NCBI GenBank assembly: GCA_965153355.1
Contig: OZ231126.1
Location: 45,880,001-45,944,000 of the forward strand
Direction: 5' to 3'
Length of the DNA stretch: 64,000 bases
From: Flaccisagitta enflata
Taxonomy: Eukaryota
This document shows, piece after piece, positions 42,433-56,878 of this stretch. The position numbers and the translations under genes were made by a program. Under the pieces are notes generated by a model. That model saw only the letters and a list, made by a program, of their open reading frames with translations, was not told where the DNA came from and did no database searches. Numbering within the stretch: position 1 is the stretch's first letter; each line of letters starts with the position of its first letter.

Positions 42433-44662
42433 CCGTACAGTGTACAGCGTGCGACTGTGAAATTGGCAGGAAGCGATCACCCCTCAACAGTTTCAAACAA
42501 TTTTTTTCCATACAATTTTTCTTTTTTGTGCGTTGTTTTGTTACTGTTTTTTGACGTGTTTAACAGACGATTTCTCATTTTTCTATCCCTTCTTTTCAGT
42601 CTATGTTTATGCCATAATCCTTGCGACGTGGAAACAATGATATGTTATGTAAAAGGAGGTAATTAGCTTTTGAGTTGGATAGAAAATGGCAAGTTAAATG
42701 GAACAATTTCCCGTACTATACCCAAATTGAAAAGTAAGGAGGGGGGCCTTGATAGCCCCCATTGACTAGTCACTATCCGCATCAGTCCTAGTTTTCCATT
42801 TCGCAAAACTTAATTAGCAAACATCCATTCTGAAGTATCAATGTCAGTGATGAAACTATGAATTGAATTTGTATGAAATGTGCAAAAAGAAAAATTCAGT
42901 TCAAAAGATTACTGGTCAAAAGATTGCAAAAGATACTTTTTCTTAGGTTAAAGATTGCAAAAGTTACTTCATCTCTGGGAAAAGAAGTAATTATCAGAAA
43001 TCCTTGAATTAGTATTTTTAGGTGCGACAATGCACCTCTATAACTGGTTGTGTTCGTTGGTTGGTCGGTCGGTCGGTCGGTTGGTTGGTCGGTAACGCAT
43101 TCGCTCGACGATCCACATGTCGCACCTTATTGGCCTACTTGGCCTTGTTAATTTTTAGGTGCGACAAAGCACCTCTATAACTGGCTCTGTCCGTCTGTTG
43201 GTTGGTCTGTTGGTTGGTCTGTAACGCATTGGTTCGAAGATCCACACGTCGCACCTTATTGGCCTACTTGGCCTTGTTACAGTTATGAAGGCTTTTTATA
43301 ACTTAAAGATTTTTATTAGAGAATATCAAATAATACAAAGGGCTTACACTTTTTCTTTAAAATAAGAGACAACTTTTTTGAAATCAGCCTGGGTGTTCTT
43401 TAATTTTTGGCCGTTTTCAGCTTGAAATTCTCTTAAAGTGTTCTTAATTTCTTCAATGTTGACAAATATATAAATCATATAAAAATATCTTATTTATAAT
43501 GATTGCATCTTGAACTTGATAATTAGTTTTTAGTCATAGTTTTTAGTCGCGTGCACGCGACTCTATGACCCGCTCTGTCCGTCTGTCTGTCTGTCAGTCC
43601 GTTGGTCGGACGGTCTGTAACACTTTGCTTTTTTCGTCGTTTTACGTCATTTTAAGTCATTTAAAAATAAGTCAATTTAGATTTAGTCTTTTTGTCTCTT
43701 AGTCTTTTAGTCTTATGGTCTTAACAACCGCACGCGACTGTAAGGTGTTAGCCTTGTTTTATATATGTAATGCCTGTTTTCATAGGCGAACTAAAAAAGA
43801 AGTTATTTTTCAAGATAAAAACCTATATTTCTGAAAAAATTGAATACAATTTATTTTTTAAATAGAAAACTAAAAAAAAGTTTTTTTTTGAAAATCTCAC
43901 CCTGGGCATTCTCTTATTTTGTTCTTAAAATTTTCGCAAATCTCAGGTTCATGTCTCTTATAAACTAGTCACTTGTATACAGTATACTTGTATTGTATAT
44001 AGTAGACAAGAATGTAGTAAACGTGAATGGTTGTTTGGTGGGAACTTGCGTGAGCAAAAACACATGAACAAGGACCAAGTGTCAGTCTCGTTTCCATCTG
44101 ACGAATGAACACGGAATAGGAGGATGAAAAGAAGAACAACTTCGCATTGAGCTTGACAGACTAGCGCTGCTGCAGCATGCTGTCAATGCAGTACACATTT
44201 GTGATCTTTTCCTCCCTAAATGTGTTTTGGTGTGAAACTAAATAATATCCTTTTGGCCCTGATACCATTCAATGAGGGTTTGATGAGCAATATGTAAGAA
44301 CAAAACAGGGCAAGTTAAGTCAAATGAGGCGCCAAATAATTGGAGTTAAAGTAGTAACGAAACAAGTAACCCGGAGACGGGTGGGCAGCGGTTCCCAACC
44401 CCCTCTCTACACACACCCTACGCACAATTGCAACCGCAGCATCTTGAATGTGCATTATCGCAGTTTTTACTCAAACATTACGGAGGGACCGACGGAGGGA
44501 CTGACGGGCAGACAGTCCGCGACATAAAATTAACTTTTTCTTGCTGCGTAATGGTTCTTTCGAACAGGAATTAGGACATCAACGGAAATAGCACCATTTT
44601 TTATTTCATTCTACTATTAAATACATCGAATACATGTATGCAAATTAAATAACAAAATGGTT

Positions 44663-44725
44663 TTAATATCTTGTTGCCGTAAGATCTGGGAGTTCAGCAG
44701 TGTCCAAAACGTTTTGCACCAATTT
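44663..44725 (-). CDS. Group-7 allergen-like gene, exon 5 (terminal); full CDS 230 aa
   Basis: Acceptor cttctttaacag; KLVQNVLDTAELPDLTATRY*; AATAAA at 44605-44600. Confidence 0.85.
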   Translation of the reverse strand, partial: KLVQNVLDTAELPDLTATRY

Positions 44726-45375
44726 CTGTTAAAGAAGAATGAAAGAGAATTGGCATTGGGTTATTGATCAAACTATTTCAGGTTCAAAATAAGATCAGAC
44801 AGATGGTCTCGGTGGAGCGTGGCGCCGATTAAAATCAAATTACATATTTCACAATTCAGTTAATGAGCTGCTTGAAGAGCTGCCTAAATCGGCTAAAACG
44901 TGGCATTGCGTCCAAGTCATGTATTTCAATTTCATGCACATGCCCTTTTGCACATGTGATTTTTTTTTCAACTTTAAATTAAGTACTAAAAGTTAGAAAA
45001 CGTATGGTTTATGTCAAAAACATTCCTCGGCACTCGGCATTGATTTCTGTAGAAAATTCATCACCGGGGTAGTTTCTGCCCAAATTTCTGTGGTTTATTG
45101 TAACCATTCAATAAAGGAAAAGAGACAGCAGACACTCCAGAAACTTTTTGTACTCTTTGTACCCTGCGTACTACGCGACTCCATACCCCGCTTTTTCCGT
45201 CCGTCGGTTGGTCGGTCGGTCCCCTTTTAACTTTTTAGGCGTTTATGAGCTTTCTGAGGCCATCGCTCCCGCCCAAATGCCCATGTGACTTTCTCCACTG
45301 CCCCTGCCCATACGCACGCGACTGGGATAGCCGTGTATCCGGCCTTGCTCTCTATATAAATGGCATGATACCAAC

Positions 45376-45555
45376 CTTGAGGGGGATTTCGAGTGCGACG
45401 ACGACGAAGTCCTTGACGAGATTGATGACGAAGTTGTTGACCTTGTTGAGGACCCAGTCGAGGATGTGGAGGTCACTGTCGACGACAGCGCTGATCTGGC
45501 CCAAGTCCACGACGCCGAAGCTCAATAAAGTAGGACGAGATCCCTTTTGGATGGG
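45376..45555 (-). CDS. Group-7 allergen-like gene, exon 4
   Basis: PIQKGSRPTLLSFGVVDLGQISAVVDSDLHILDWVLNKVNNFVINLVKDFVVVALEIPLK; 180 nt; amphipathic C-terminal helix. Confidence 0.92.
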
Positions 45556-45577
45556 CTGGAGTAGCAGAGAGGCAGCG

Positions 45578-45676
<99 letters not shown>

Positions 45677-45735
45677 GGTAGGCAGACATAGACAGGTAAA
45701 CGAGGGAAAACAAGGGAGATGGTAAAAATGTTTAA

Positions 45736-46345
45736 GACGGCAAATTTTTAAAGGAAAATGAAGTGTTTCACCATACTTTTCGCATCATTATCAGGACAAT
45801 AATGAAGCTGGAATGCTTCCAGTGGACAAATTTACTTTAAAGATACTTGGTGCATACTATTATATCATATTCTGACCTCAAATTTAATTTGAACTATGCA
45901 ATTCACATGAAAACAAGGAGGAAAATGATGATTTTTAGTGAATTTCTGCTAACACTTTTTTCTATTTTCTTAGGTCGAAATTCTAAGAAAGCCACACACA
46001 AGGAAATTTTGCATTTTGAAAAACATAGTTCTCTCTGTAATCGATATGGGAAGAGAACTATGTTCTTGGTTTTTGCATTTTTTCATTCTCTATGCAAATT
46101 TAGAATTTCGACCAGCCCCCTATCAGTGACCAAAAATTAAAAAAATGGAAATTTTCACTAATTCTTTTTAAGTATCATTGGCTAAACTTGGTCCTCTTGC
46201 TAAATAAATGCAAATTTTTCTTTTAAATATTATATCTGACATATCTCAGTCACTTTTATTCACTTGTTTTTGCATTTTCATTCATTCATTTTTTCCATTT
46301 TGACCTTCTTTGAAACACAAATGTTGGCTTCGGAGGGCCGCCGTC
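45736..46345. mobile_element. Non-autonomous element with TTAA TSD and short TIR (Kolobok-like) in intron 3 of the group-7 gene
   Basis: ttaa|gacggc ... gccgtc|ttaa. Confidence 0.65.
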
Positions 46346-46670
46346 TTAAATAAACAAGGCTAAGTTTTGGCAATGCCAATACGTGCGTCTCGTAAAAGAG
46401 GGATGAGTGAATGAATGAATGAATGAATGAATGAATGAATGAATGAATGAATGAATGAATGAATGAATGAATGATCGAATGAATGAATGAATGAATGAAT
46501 AAATGAATGAATGAATGGATGGATGGATGGATGGATGGATGGATGAATCAATAACTTTAAAAATTGGATGGATGAATGAATGAATTTTACAAAACTGACC
46601 CCATAAACAGTGTTTATTAAACACGAAAATGAATTTATAGACAAAAACAAGGCTTTTGATTGGCATTAAC

Positions 46671-46845
46671 CTGGACGACTTCGAATGCGACACCGACTGA
46701 CTCCATTCCAATAGAGATGGTGAATTGTGGGCCGAAGTTCATGAATTTGGCGGCGGCTTTGTAGCTGCCCACCAAATCGTTGACTCCGATGGTCGCGCGC
46801 ACTTTCACGTGAGTCTCGTTGGTGCTCATAGAAGCCAAACCAGTT
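46671..46845 (-). CDS. Group-7 allergen-like gene, exon 3
   Basis: TGLASMSTNETHVKVRATIGVNDLVGSYKAAAKFMNFGPQFTISIGMESVGVAFEVVQ; 175 nt (phase 2 to 0). Confidence 0.92.
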
Positions 46846-47083
46846 CTGGCAGGGAAGGGCAGGGTAAAAATAAGCATGGGAGAGAGAAGTTGACAGCAAC
46901 ATAGTACAAGTTTTTTAGTCACGCTTTTATTTTCTCGTCCTCGTTGCTTTATACACCCGCCAAAAACACCCTGGCCAATAACCACCTAGCTACGGCCCTC
47001 GCTATTTACCTTAAGTCGCAAGCTGCAAGCCACCTCATCTACCAAAAACAGCAATTTTTTGGTTGTTGTTGTTGTTGTTGTTT

Positions 47084-47255
<172 letters not shown>

Positions 47256-47310
47256 GGATGTTGTCGTTCTGGTTCTAGTTCTTGTTCTTGTTCATCTGGT
47301 TATTGTTGTT

Positions 47311-47350
<40 letters not shown>

Positions 47351-47475
47351 TTACTACAATAACCTATCACGATCTGTATGCCAACAAAACCAAAATCAGA
47401 AGCTTGAAAGATGTCAAAACCGCCAACATGAGCTAAATCAATTAACGGATGGGGGAACCAATGTTTTGAAATTAC

Positions 47476-47636
47476 CTGTGGAGAGAGCTGAGTCCCTTCA
47501 AGTATCCATCGTAGACCTTGGCCGAGCCGCGGACTTCGACGAGGAGGATCTTCTTGGAGAATTCAAAAGATTTGACGGGAAGAATCAAAGGATCCAAACC
47601 TTTGTTAACAATTCGCACGCGGAGGTTCTTCAGAAT
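47476..47636 (-). CDS. Group-7 allergen-like gene, exon 2
   Basis: ILKNLRVRIVNKGLDPLILP...FSKKILLVEVRGSAKVYDGYLKGLSSLHR; acceptor ttcctaaacag, donor ag|gtaatt, 161 nt. The GLDP..LP and GLS.L.R.G motifs are typical of the family. Confidence 0.92.
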
Positions 47637-48004
47637 CTGTTTAGGAAAAGATGGTAAGGGATTTGATAAAATCAGATCAGCGACGTGCAGGTAAGTGCCA
47701 CTACAAATCTGAAATGCACCCCCATTATTTCCATTTTGAGATTTGGAAAAGCGCGCCTTTCCTCTGAAAAAAAAAACTCGGAAGAAGCAGTATTTGACAA
47801 TTGAGTTGCTTTCATCGGCAACGTAGAAATGGGCAAAAACTACTTTGATCTACCGTGGAAGAACGGATTTATGGAGAGAAAAAAAGACTATGTACGTAAC
47901 TTGCCGCAACATGAGGCTTACTCAAAGTTGCAGTTGTTGTTGCCTCTCAGGAAAGGTTGAAACGTTGATTTGTCATTTCCATATTACTATGATGTTTTAT
48001 CTAC

Positions 48005-48118
48005 CTCATCGGCGTATTCGTTGGCGTTTCCGTCGTGAACGTTAACGATGTCGTTGATGCCGGCACTGACGGCAGTCAATCCAGTCGCCAACAACAAAAC
48101 AAAAGCCACAGAATTCAT
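48005..48118 (-). CDS. Group-7 allergen (Der p 7-like, TULIP) gene, exon 1 with signal peptide
   Basis: MNSVAFVLLLATGLTAVSA-GINDIVNVHDGNANEYADE; donor gag|gtagat, 114 nt. Confidence 0.9.
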
Positions 48119-48187
48119 TTTCAGTTCCAAGCGGTGAATTTTAGCAACTACCAAGAAAAAAATAAAAGATCTTCGACAACTTCTGAA

Positions 48188-48220
48188 TACTGATCAATCG
48201 GAGTTTCCGGGGTTTTATAG
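48188..48220 (-). promoter_or_regulatory. Core promoter of the group-7 gene: TATA box plus initiator
   Basis: TATAAAA at 48219-48213 and TCAGTA at 48193-48188, 28 nt from the first T of TATA to the initiator A, ~70 nt upstream of the ATG. Confidence 0.8.
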
Positions 48221-51200
48221 TTTGAGGGAAGCGATTGGTTAGGTTGAAATTGACATGAATTATGGATAGAAATCGATTAAAGGTGATTATCGTTAAATAA
48301 AAAAATTCAGCTGCCGAAATCTCACGAGGAATGTCGACATTTTCTCAGGGTAAAAAAAGTCTAATGTCAAGGTTGACTAAGTGCGTATTGGTGGAAGGTG
48401 GTTTCGCCGAACTTGCGATATATCGGCCACTATCTGGGATCGAAAAATGATTTCCATTGCCTTAAATCAGTTAAATGCCTTCTTTTCTCATCGGGTGAAA
48501 TTTGGCAACGGATTTCAGCCATGGTCAAAGGCGCCCTTATTAACTTATCTTCAACAAAAAACATTATAGATGTATTGTGGCTGTTCAAGGCTAAGGATTG
48601 CTAGAATCTAGGTTTGAACTTTGAATGGTCAGATTCCTGATCCGGAATGCCAAAATCGGGGTCCTTAAGGCTAGGATTTGGCCCATGAACCTGGGTCTAA
48701 GGGAGGGGACGAATGAACACTCTGAACAGACGGGTGGATTGGTCAACAGTTCCCACCCCCTCCCAACTTTGCGCTCTTCAAAATGCTGCCAAAAATGTCC
48801 ACAACATTTCTATATTCAACCAACAAAAAAAGTCACGACACCATTATTCTGTGTAGGTTTGTATCAAGGAACAAATCTCGATGTACGCCGTCGTTGGTTT
48901 CTGCCAAATTCAAGGTCAGTACCAATCACATTTCATACCCTCAAAGAGAGGCTTTTTAGTCGCGTGCACGCGACTCCACAACCCGCTCTGTCCGTCACAC
49001 TTTGCTTTTTCGGCGTTTAAGGGCGGTTTTGGGGTTACTGCTCCCGCCCAAAAGCTTGGTTGGTCTATTTCATCACTGCCCCTGCCCACCCGCACGCGAC
49101 TTGGGTAGCCGTGTATCCGGCCTTGTTAGGGGAAAACCAGTCGTGCTTACTAAACGCCAATGGTTTATCTAATAATAAATCCAAGTAGGCCAATACGCGG
49201 AAGTTAAGGGTAACAGACGGACGGACTGATGGATGGATGGATGAATGTGAATGTGCTCGGAGTCGGGCGCAGTTGAGGTTATCAATCAACAATCACAGTT
49301 TCAGTCACGTAGGACATATTCATGATTCAAAGTTTTGGTATACACCTACGTCCTAAAAATTAATGCATCTGGAATTTGTTGAAGTTCAAGGCGAATGGTT
49401 CGGGGCTAGACTGAATATAATCCTAATTGCATTATAGGACAATTTGGATGACAAGTCAATTTTGAATGATGCGCTAACTCACCCAAAGCAAAGGCATTCG
49501 TTTCTCTGCTCAAGTATCAGTCTTACGACTGATAGGGCCATAATGGAAATTTTACGATTAAAACATTCGCGTTTTCCCATGGAGATTCATTGCCCGACTT
49601 TTAGGCGATGAACATTAATTTCTCGGCCATTAAATCAAAACGCGTCAAAATGCAATTTTGGATCGCCAAACCTCGAACAACACTCGAGTCAGAGGAATTA
49701 CCTTGCAGGCAGGGTTTTTGGAAAAAGTTATAATGTGGAAAGAGATAGTAAAAGATGATAGACCGTTGTGCAAATGATACATTTTGCCTAGTAAGAACTT
49801 GGCATGAAAACTAATTATGCTGTCGTCAATGGGTCACTTATGGCCCCTCTCATTTGCCTTTTCATCGTCCGTGCCCATGGTTACCTTCGATGGTTTCTCG
49901 ATCAGCTTAAGTTCTGTCTAATAAAGCCTCTCAACAGAATCTATGACTCTAGCTACATACCTGATCATTCTTCATACAAAAAAAGAAGTTGGATGTACAT
50001 ACTAGGATAGAAGCAAGGTCAAGCAAAAATTACTCTCCCTCTATCTGTCATTTGGCACTGATTAGCTAAACACAAGATGGGTAAAATGGACAAAATAGGA
50101 AAAAGGTGTTACTGGACTGGATCGTAGGCTGTGGGTGTTGGACAGTGAAGAAAGCTAAAAAATAGTTTTATATCAATCATCTGTGCCAATCCGACCAATT
50201 TGCATTAAATAAGTATTACGTACCGGACTGGATTATTTATGTACAAGGATCGCTCATGGTAAGCGGTACCCGTTGCCCTCCTTGGAGCGTTGAGGTGGTG
50301 AGGTGAGGGCAACTGTCCCAAAGGGCCAATGTCCCGTTGAACATAGGGGTGAACCGTTTCATGATTTCAGGCCTTAGAGAGCGTATTTCACGCTTGGGGG
50401 GGGGGGTCGATTTCAGGTCTGAGAGGGCTGATTAAAGGCCTGAGAGGTGACTTGAGGCCAAAGAGGACTGATTTTAAGCTCCAATGGGTTGGATTTAGGC
50501 TTCAGGACCGAGGGGGCGGCGGATGGACGTTTGGTTCACCCCATGTGTTCTACAGGACTTCGGCCCTTTGGGGCCGCTGGCCAACAAGGAGCAATTGAGC
50601 AGTCCGACTTTCCTTTAACCATCTTACATCAAAAGAAGCTTTGCTATAAACAAAGTTAAAAAGAAAACAAATGATGAAGATGAGTCGATTACTTTTACTT
50701 TTTGAAACCGCGCTTTTAGCTTCTTGACGCGTGTGACCCATATCTATACAACGTGTTGATCGATGGGCCATAAACTAGAAAACGGCGTTCGTAACTGCTC
50801 AACCCTTGACAATCGCCGACGCGTTACCGCGAAAACAAAATCGATGTCTATTCAAATGATATTTATGTAAAGAGGGAGTCTGAATGTCATCTAGAAATCA
50901 GTACGTTATATATCAAACAGATGTAATCATCGAGGGTTAGACGTTTAGGCTGTCAGAGAGAAACAAGTGACGCGAGGTCACAATATCGTTGCGGACTAGT
51001 GGGCAGGGGCATTTAACCCCCATCCACACCCCATGCACCCCCACAGACACACATACGCAAATAAGCATCTAAAACGCTTGTTTTTCCACTTTTTTACTCG
51101 GACGGACGGACGGATGGATGGACCGACGAACCGACGGACGGATAGACTGAGAAATGGACGGGCAAAGCCTCCTATAGAGTTGCGTGTCCGATACTAAAAA

Positions 51201-52022
51201 GTAAATGGTTTCAGATTTGGTTGATCAGCGGGTGAAAATTATTCTTCTGAATGTGCAGAAATTCTAGAAGTTGTGGATTTTAGTCAAGGAAGGGGTTGGC
51301 AGAAATTTCAGTGTGAGGAAAAAAAGTAAATGGACTTGCTTTGAACTATGAACTGAATTGATTATTTGATGCGTGTAAAATTATGTTCCATCAACAATGC
51401 AACATCCACCCATACTTTTTAGGTGCGACAAAGCACCTCTTTAACTGGCTGTGTCCGTCGGTTGGTCAGTCGGTCTGTTGGTTGGTAACGCATTCGTTCG
51501 ACGATCCACACGTCGCACCTTATTGGCCTACTTGGCCCTGTTTAGTTTCGCTATTATTAGTCGCGTGCACGCTTGCCCGCTCTGTCCGTCTGTCGGTCGG
51601 TCGGTCCATCACACTTTGCTTTTTTTCGCCGATCTTGCCCACCCGCACGCGACTAAGGTAGCCGTGTATCCGGCCTTGTTTCTCTAGAGTCCCTAAGCCC
51701 AAGGCGAAATACGATTAGGGCCCTATAGGGTACTGCTTTGCTTGAAAGATTAACTGCTGCAATACATATTTCGTTTCTTTCAATCATAGGCAACACTTTT
51801 CCGACTGTATCCATGATTTTTCTTTGCCTCTTTACGCGGTCCGACTTATCTTACTCGTCAGTGATCATATCGTGTTTTCTTTATTCAAATTTCTAAATCA
51901 TTTTCGTTTCTTTCTCAAGTCGGCCAAGCTTAATGATATACGCAAGAAACTTTCACTTTTTCATTTATGAAAAAAAATATTCGCCCAGTTTTTATTCGGA
52001 GAACGTCTTCATATGAGACGCT

Positions 52023-52074
<52 letters not shown>

Positions 52075-53347
52075 TGCAGATAGACTGAGACCCGTCAAAT
52101 TTTAACCGATTTTTTTGTTCTGTCTAAAAATTATTTTTGGTACTGAACATAATCTTCTACTGCAATGAAGCATTGATTTTGTGTTTCATTTCATCCATTT
52201 CATTTTTCAGTGAAAATCATGGTCAACATTTATGTCAAGTGGCTGAAGTGGCACCTTCTACGCCCATGGACATAGGACCAGTCGTGCAGATTTTGGAGTA
52301 GCTAGTAGCGCCGCTACTTGGCAAATTAGGGGAGTCTCGGCAGCTTTTTGAAGCAGGAGGAAGAAAAAGGAGAACAAGTTTGTGACAAAAAAGTAATATG
52401 CATATTGTAGTCATATTTTTTCTTCTATCGTCTGATAACAAATAGTGATCGCCGTAAAAATTCTGATGCCCTGATGATAGATATCAATGTATTAAACACA
52501 ATCGGTTGTGATTTGATATTTGGCTACAATTTTGTTAACGTCAGAATGGATGGTAGTAATGCTTGTTACTAGGAATGTTCATTTTCAAAGGATCTTATTT
52601 ATACTCTTTCAACCCAATTACCATGGAATACTGCCCTTCCTTAGTTTCCGTGAGCAACCTTTGCGATTTTGCGAGCTGTGTCACCCTTAATGCGTGCTGG
52701 ACACTGAACCTGGGGTCGCCTGGCTAGCTGATATTGGTAAGAAATGGTCGCTCGGTTTGATAATTCCAATCATTAATAGTCTGAGATCACTGAAAACTAG
52801 ACCATTTGGCATAGTGATGAGGAAAATATATGCTACTCGGCTGAAATGAATTATACGTGCGCCTGCATTAAACAGAGACAGAGGAGGAAGAAAGAGAGGT
52901 TGGGGGGGGGGGCGACGATTTTTTTTTCTGTTTTCTTTTTTGAGAAATCAAGGGGAGAGAGGGTAAGAGAAGCAAACTTAACTTGAATTACTCCCAAATC
53001 ATTCATCCCAAATCTGTGATCCTCATCGTTGTATCCGAAATTTTGTCCAGATTTTGTTGGCTTTCTCTATTATCTTATCCTTTCTCTATTATCTTATCCT
53101 TTCTCTCAAAGTGATGCCTCTCCTGCTCTTCTTCATACATGATTGACCATACCTACAGTCACATAACATCTTTCCTGTGCATCGTTATATGAAATTTTAC
53201 ACACTTATGGGCAGTTGTGCCTTTTTGCTATGGGGACGCCAATAGGTTGAACTTGGCCGCCAATCAAAATCTGAGTAGCAGGCTGGCGCCCATGTTTATC
53301 TATCTCCGTCTGTCTATCTTTCTGTTGAGCACTGAGCAGTCGGTCAC

Positions 53348-53532
<185 letters not shown>

Positions 53533-54100
53533 CTCCTCCTACTCGTATTACGGGCTCTCTCGTTTTAGTGAATTTAATTTCTTTAAGCCTCAACATTTTT
53601 TGTTGTAACTTCTTGGTTTCTTTCTTCTACGCTAAACGTTTCTTTCTCGCCAATTTGTATATATTTGATACCACGGAAAAAAAGAAAAAAGACAAATTGC
53701 AACGATCTCGTTTACGATGGTCGAAGTTTCAATGCACAACCCACTATGGTGTAATGCACAACTCGCTATGGAGGCAAAACAAGCCGAAATGCAAACTTAA
53801 ACCACTAGGGTTAACATCTTAAAGATTCACCATGTCCTTGTCTAGAGTTCATGAATATTTGGAAACGCAAACATAAATTTCAAGGACCTCGGCCTTCAAA
53901 TCCGATTGTTAATCTCACCTTGATGGATTAAAGCATTGTTCTCTAGCTTTACCCCGGAAAGTGTGAGTTCATTTCATTAAATCCTTCAATTCATGCATCA
54001 AGATAACACATTTTTAGGGTCCGATTTTGTTTACCTGTCTTATCTGGAAATGGGTCTGACGCCCTCCTTAGCAACATTATAAGGTCTTCAAATGAGCCCC

Positions 54101-54720
54101 CAGGGCCCTGAGGTTGCTTATATGTGGAGCCTCTAAGAGCCCTTCTTCCGCATCCATTGGCCCTGAGGTTGTCTATGTCTGGAGCCTCTAAGAGCCCTTC
54201 TTCTGCATCCATTGGCCCTGAGGTTGCCTATGTCTGGAGCCTCTAAGAGCCCTTCTTCTGCATCCATTGGCCTTGAGGTTGTCTATGTCTGGAGCCTCTA
54301 AAAGCCCTTCTTCCGCATCCATTGGCCCTGAGGTTGTCTATGTCTGGAGCCTCTAAGAGCCCTTCTTCTGCATCCATTGGCCCTGAGGTTGCCTATGTCT
54401 GGACTCTGGAGCCTCTAAGAGCCCTTCTTCTGCATCCATTGGCCCTGAGGTTGCCTATGTCTGGAGCCTCTAAGAGCCCTTCTTCCGCATCCATTGGCCC
54501 TGAGGTTGTCTGTGTCTGAAGCCTCTAAGAGCCCTTCTTCCGCATCCATTGGCCCTGAGGTTGCCTATGTCTGGAGCCTCTAAGAGCCCTTCTTCCGCAT
54601 CCATTGGCCCTGAGGTTGTCTATGTCTGAAGCCTCTAAGAGCCCTTCTTCCGCATCCATTGGCCCTGAGGTTGTCTATGTCTGAAGCCTCTAAGAGCCCT
54701 TCTTCCGCATCCATTGGCCT
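54101..54720. repeat. 55-bp minisatellite, ~11 copies
   Basis: (ggagcctctaagagcccttcttccgcatccattggccctgaggttgtctatgtct)n. Confidence 0.95.
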
Positions 54721-56786
54721 CGTTGACGAAGTGATGGATGATCCTCATTTCTCGAGAGACCAAAAGAGACTTTTTTCATTGCAAGTTTAAGCGAGAAATT
54801 TCACGCCTCAGATTTTAAGCGCACGAGAGAAGTTTTATTTTCTTCAAAAATACAAGTTTCTCAAAATCTTCAAATGCATCCGCGCACCACTCTATCTCGG
54901 GCAAAGAAAGGGCGTTGGGAGACTAATCATCGGGAGGAACAGGGTTTTCATTTTCTTATTGGCAAGTTGGGAATCTCCACCGACCGAATGAGCCCTCCAA
55001 TGAAATTGATAGGGTAAGCAAATTTGATAATTCTCTTTCATATGGCGCCAAGCAGAATGCTCTACGTCAAATATTTTTTGCGCTATGTTTTTAAAGATTT
55101 ATTTGCGAAAAATTCGAATGAATTTTTTTTTTATGATTTTGTGTAGGATCAATGATGGAGTGTACTTATGTTTACTTGAGCATGCAAATACAAAAAAAAA
55201 ACATGTTTATGAGCACTGCTGCTCATCTGTGAGGGCGTTTTTGAGCATTTTAGCTCATTTAGCTCACTTAGCTCAGTCCATTCTTTCTGATTTCAAATAT
55301 GATGAATAGATAAATATTTCTATACTTGATTCAGCAAGCAACTAAAAAAAAACATGTCAGTGAGCAGAGCTGCTCATCTGTGAGGGCGTTTTTAAGTATT
55401 CTAGCTCATTTAGCTTGCTCTTTTTTCTGATTTTGAATAGGATGAATAAATTGATGTTTTGATTTAAGCATGCAAATACAAAAAAGCATGTCAGTGAGCA
55501 AAGCTGGTTGTCTGGTTGAATAATTTAGAATATTTTAGCTCATCTAGCTCATTTGGCTTGGTCCTATTTTTCTTTGATTTTCAGTGCAATCAACAATACA
55601 AATTGCTTTTGATTTGATCTAACAAATAAAAAAAGTTCAGCGACTAAAGATAAAAGCATGGTGAAAAGTGATCAATGCTTACGACTTTTTTCCTCACGGC
55701 GACAGCCGCCATTACTGGTACTATTTTACTGCCAGTAATAACGCAATTGTTTTTTTGTTCTTGTTTCTTCTGTTCATACTGAATGTTTTTCGAAATCTCT
55801 AATGAGCAAACTTGGTGTATGTTGACAAGTCATAAGACTTCATACATCTTTCTTTCTTTTTCTCTTTCCTCTTTTGCTCATCCCACCTCCTCCGTTTAGC
55901 AAATCTCACAATCAATTTCTTTCGGGAAAATCGTAAACCTGTCCCGTTTTGCATGTTTTCCCACTACGCAATTTTTTTGAGGGGGACTGCCGAACATTGC
56001 CCACCCGAGACTGAACTGAGATGGTTGGGGTGCACCGTGCTGGTTGGGTGACCAACCGATGCATGAAGTTACAAACTTAATTCAGTGCAGTGGCGAAAAA
56101 AAGGCTATGATTGAAATGAGACTCAGCAATAAATACACTATATTCTCCTTTAAATCCCTTCGGTCGTGTTCATTTACATACGTTTACATGGACGCATCAT
56201 TGCGCCCATTCTTAAGCCAGGATATCATCATGTCTTAATTGAGAATGATGACATTTGCCTCTCAATGACGTCGATCTCTAATTTACTTAGTAGTAGACGT
56301 TCTACACCCCGAACCCTCTTTGGCTATCTCCTTCCCCCCCCCCTTCAACCCACTCCCCCTCTTCATCCAATCACTGCTACCTTACCTGAAAGAAACAAAT
56401 GTAAATGGACCCTTAAGAATGACATCGAGATAAATATGCCTAGGTTCTTGAAGCGCCTTGTTAGGCAAGGGATTAAATAAGAAACAAACAGATGGACGGT
56501 TGAGAAGGAAGGATAACCCGGCCAACAGACGGACGGACTATTTACACGTTCACAAAGATGAACGGATGCATTCAAGAACGCTCAGGCGAAAGAGTTGAGA
56601 GGCCTGTGCAGTGTGCACCGAGTTACCTACCAACAGATCGACCGACGAATGTATGCAATGAACTGACAACCAATCAGATACGTTACGCGGGTGGATAGCT
56701 GGAGACAAACGGGGAGGGATTGATTTAGTGGCAAACCGACCTACCGTGTACTATACACTGTTCGTGTACAATTAGTTTCGCAACTT

Positions 56787-56878
<92 letters not shown>

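Noticed and set aside
54101-54720. Regular array superficially resembling CRISPR
   Set aside because: Head-to-tail 55-bp units with no unique spacers, no cas genes, and a eukaryotic context. The same applies to the 13-, 19-, 21- and 162-bp arrays.
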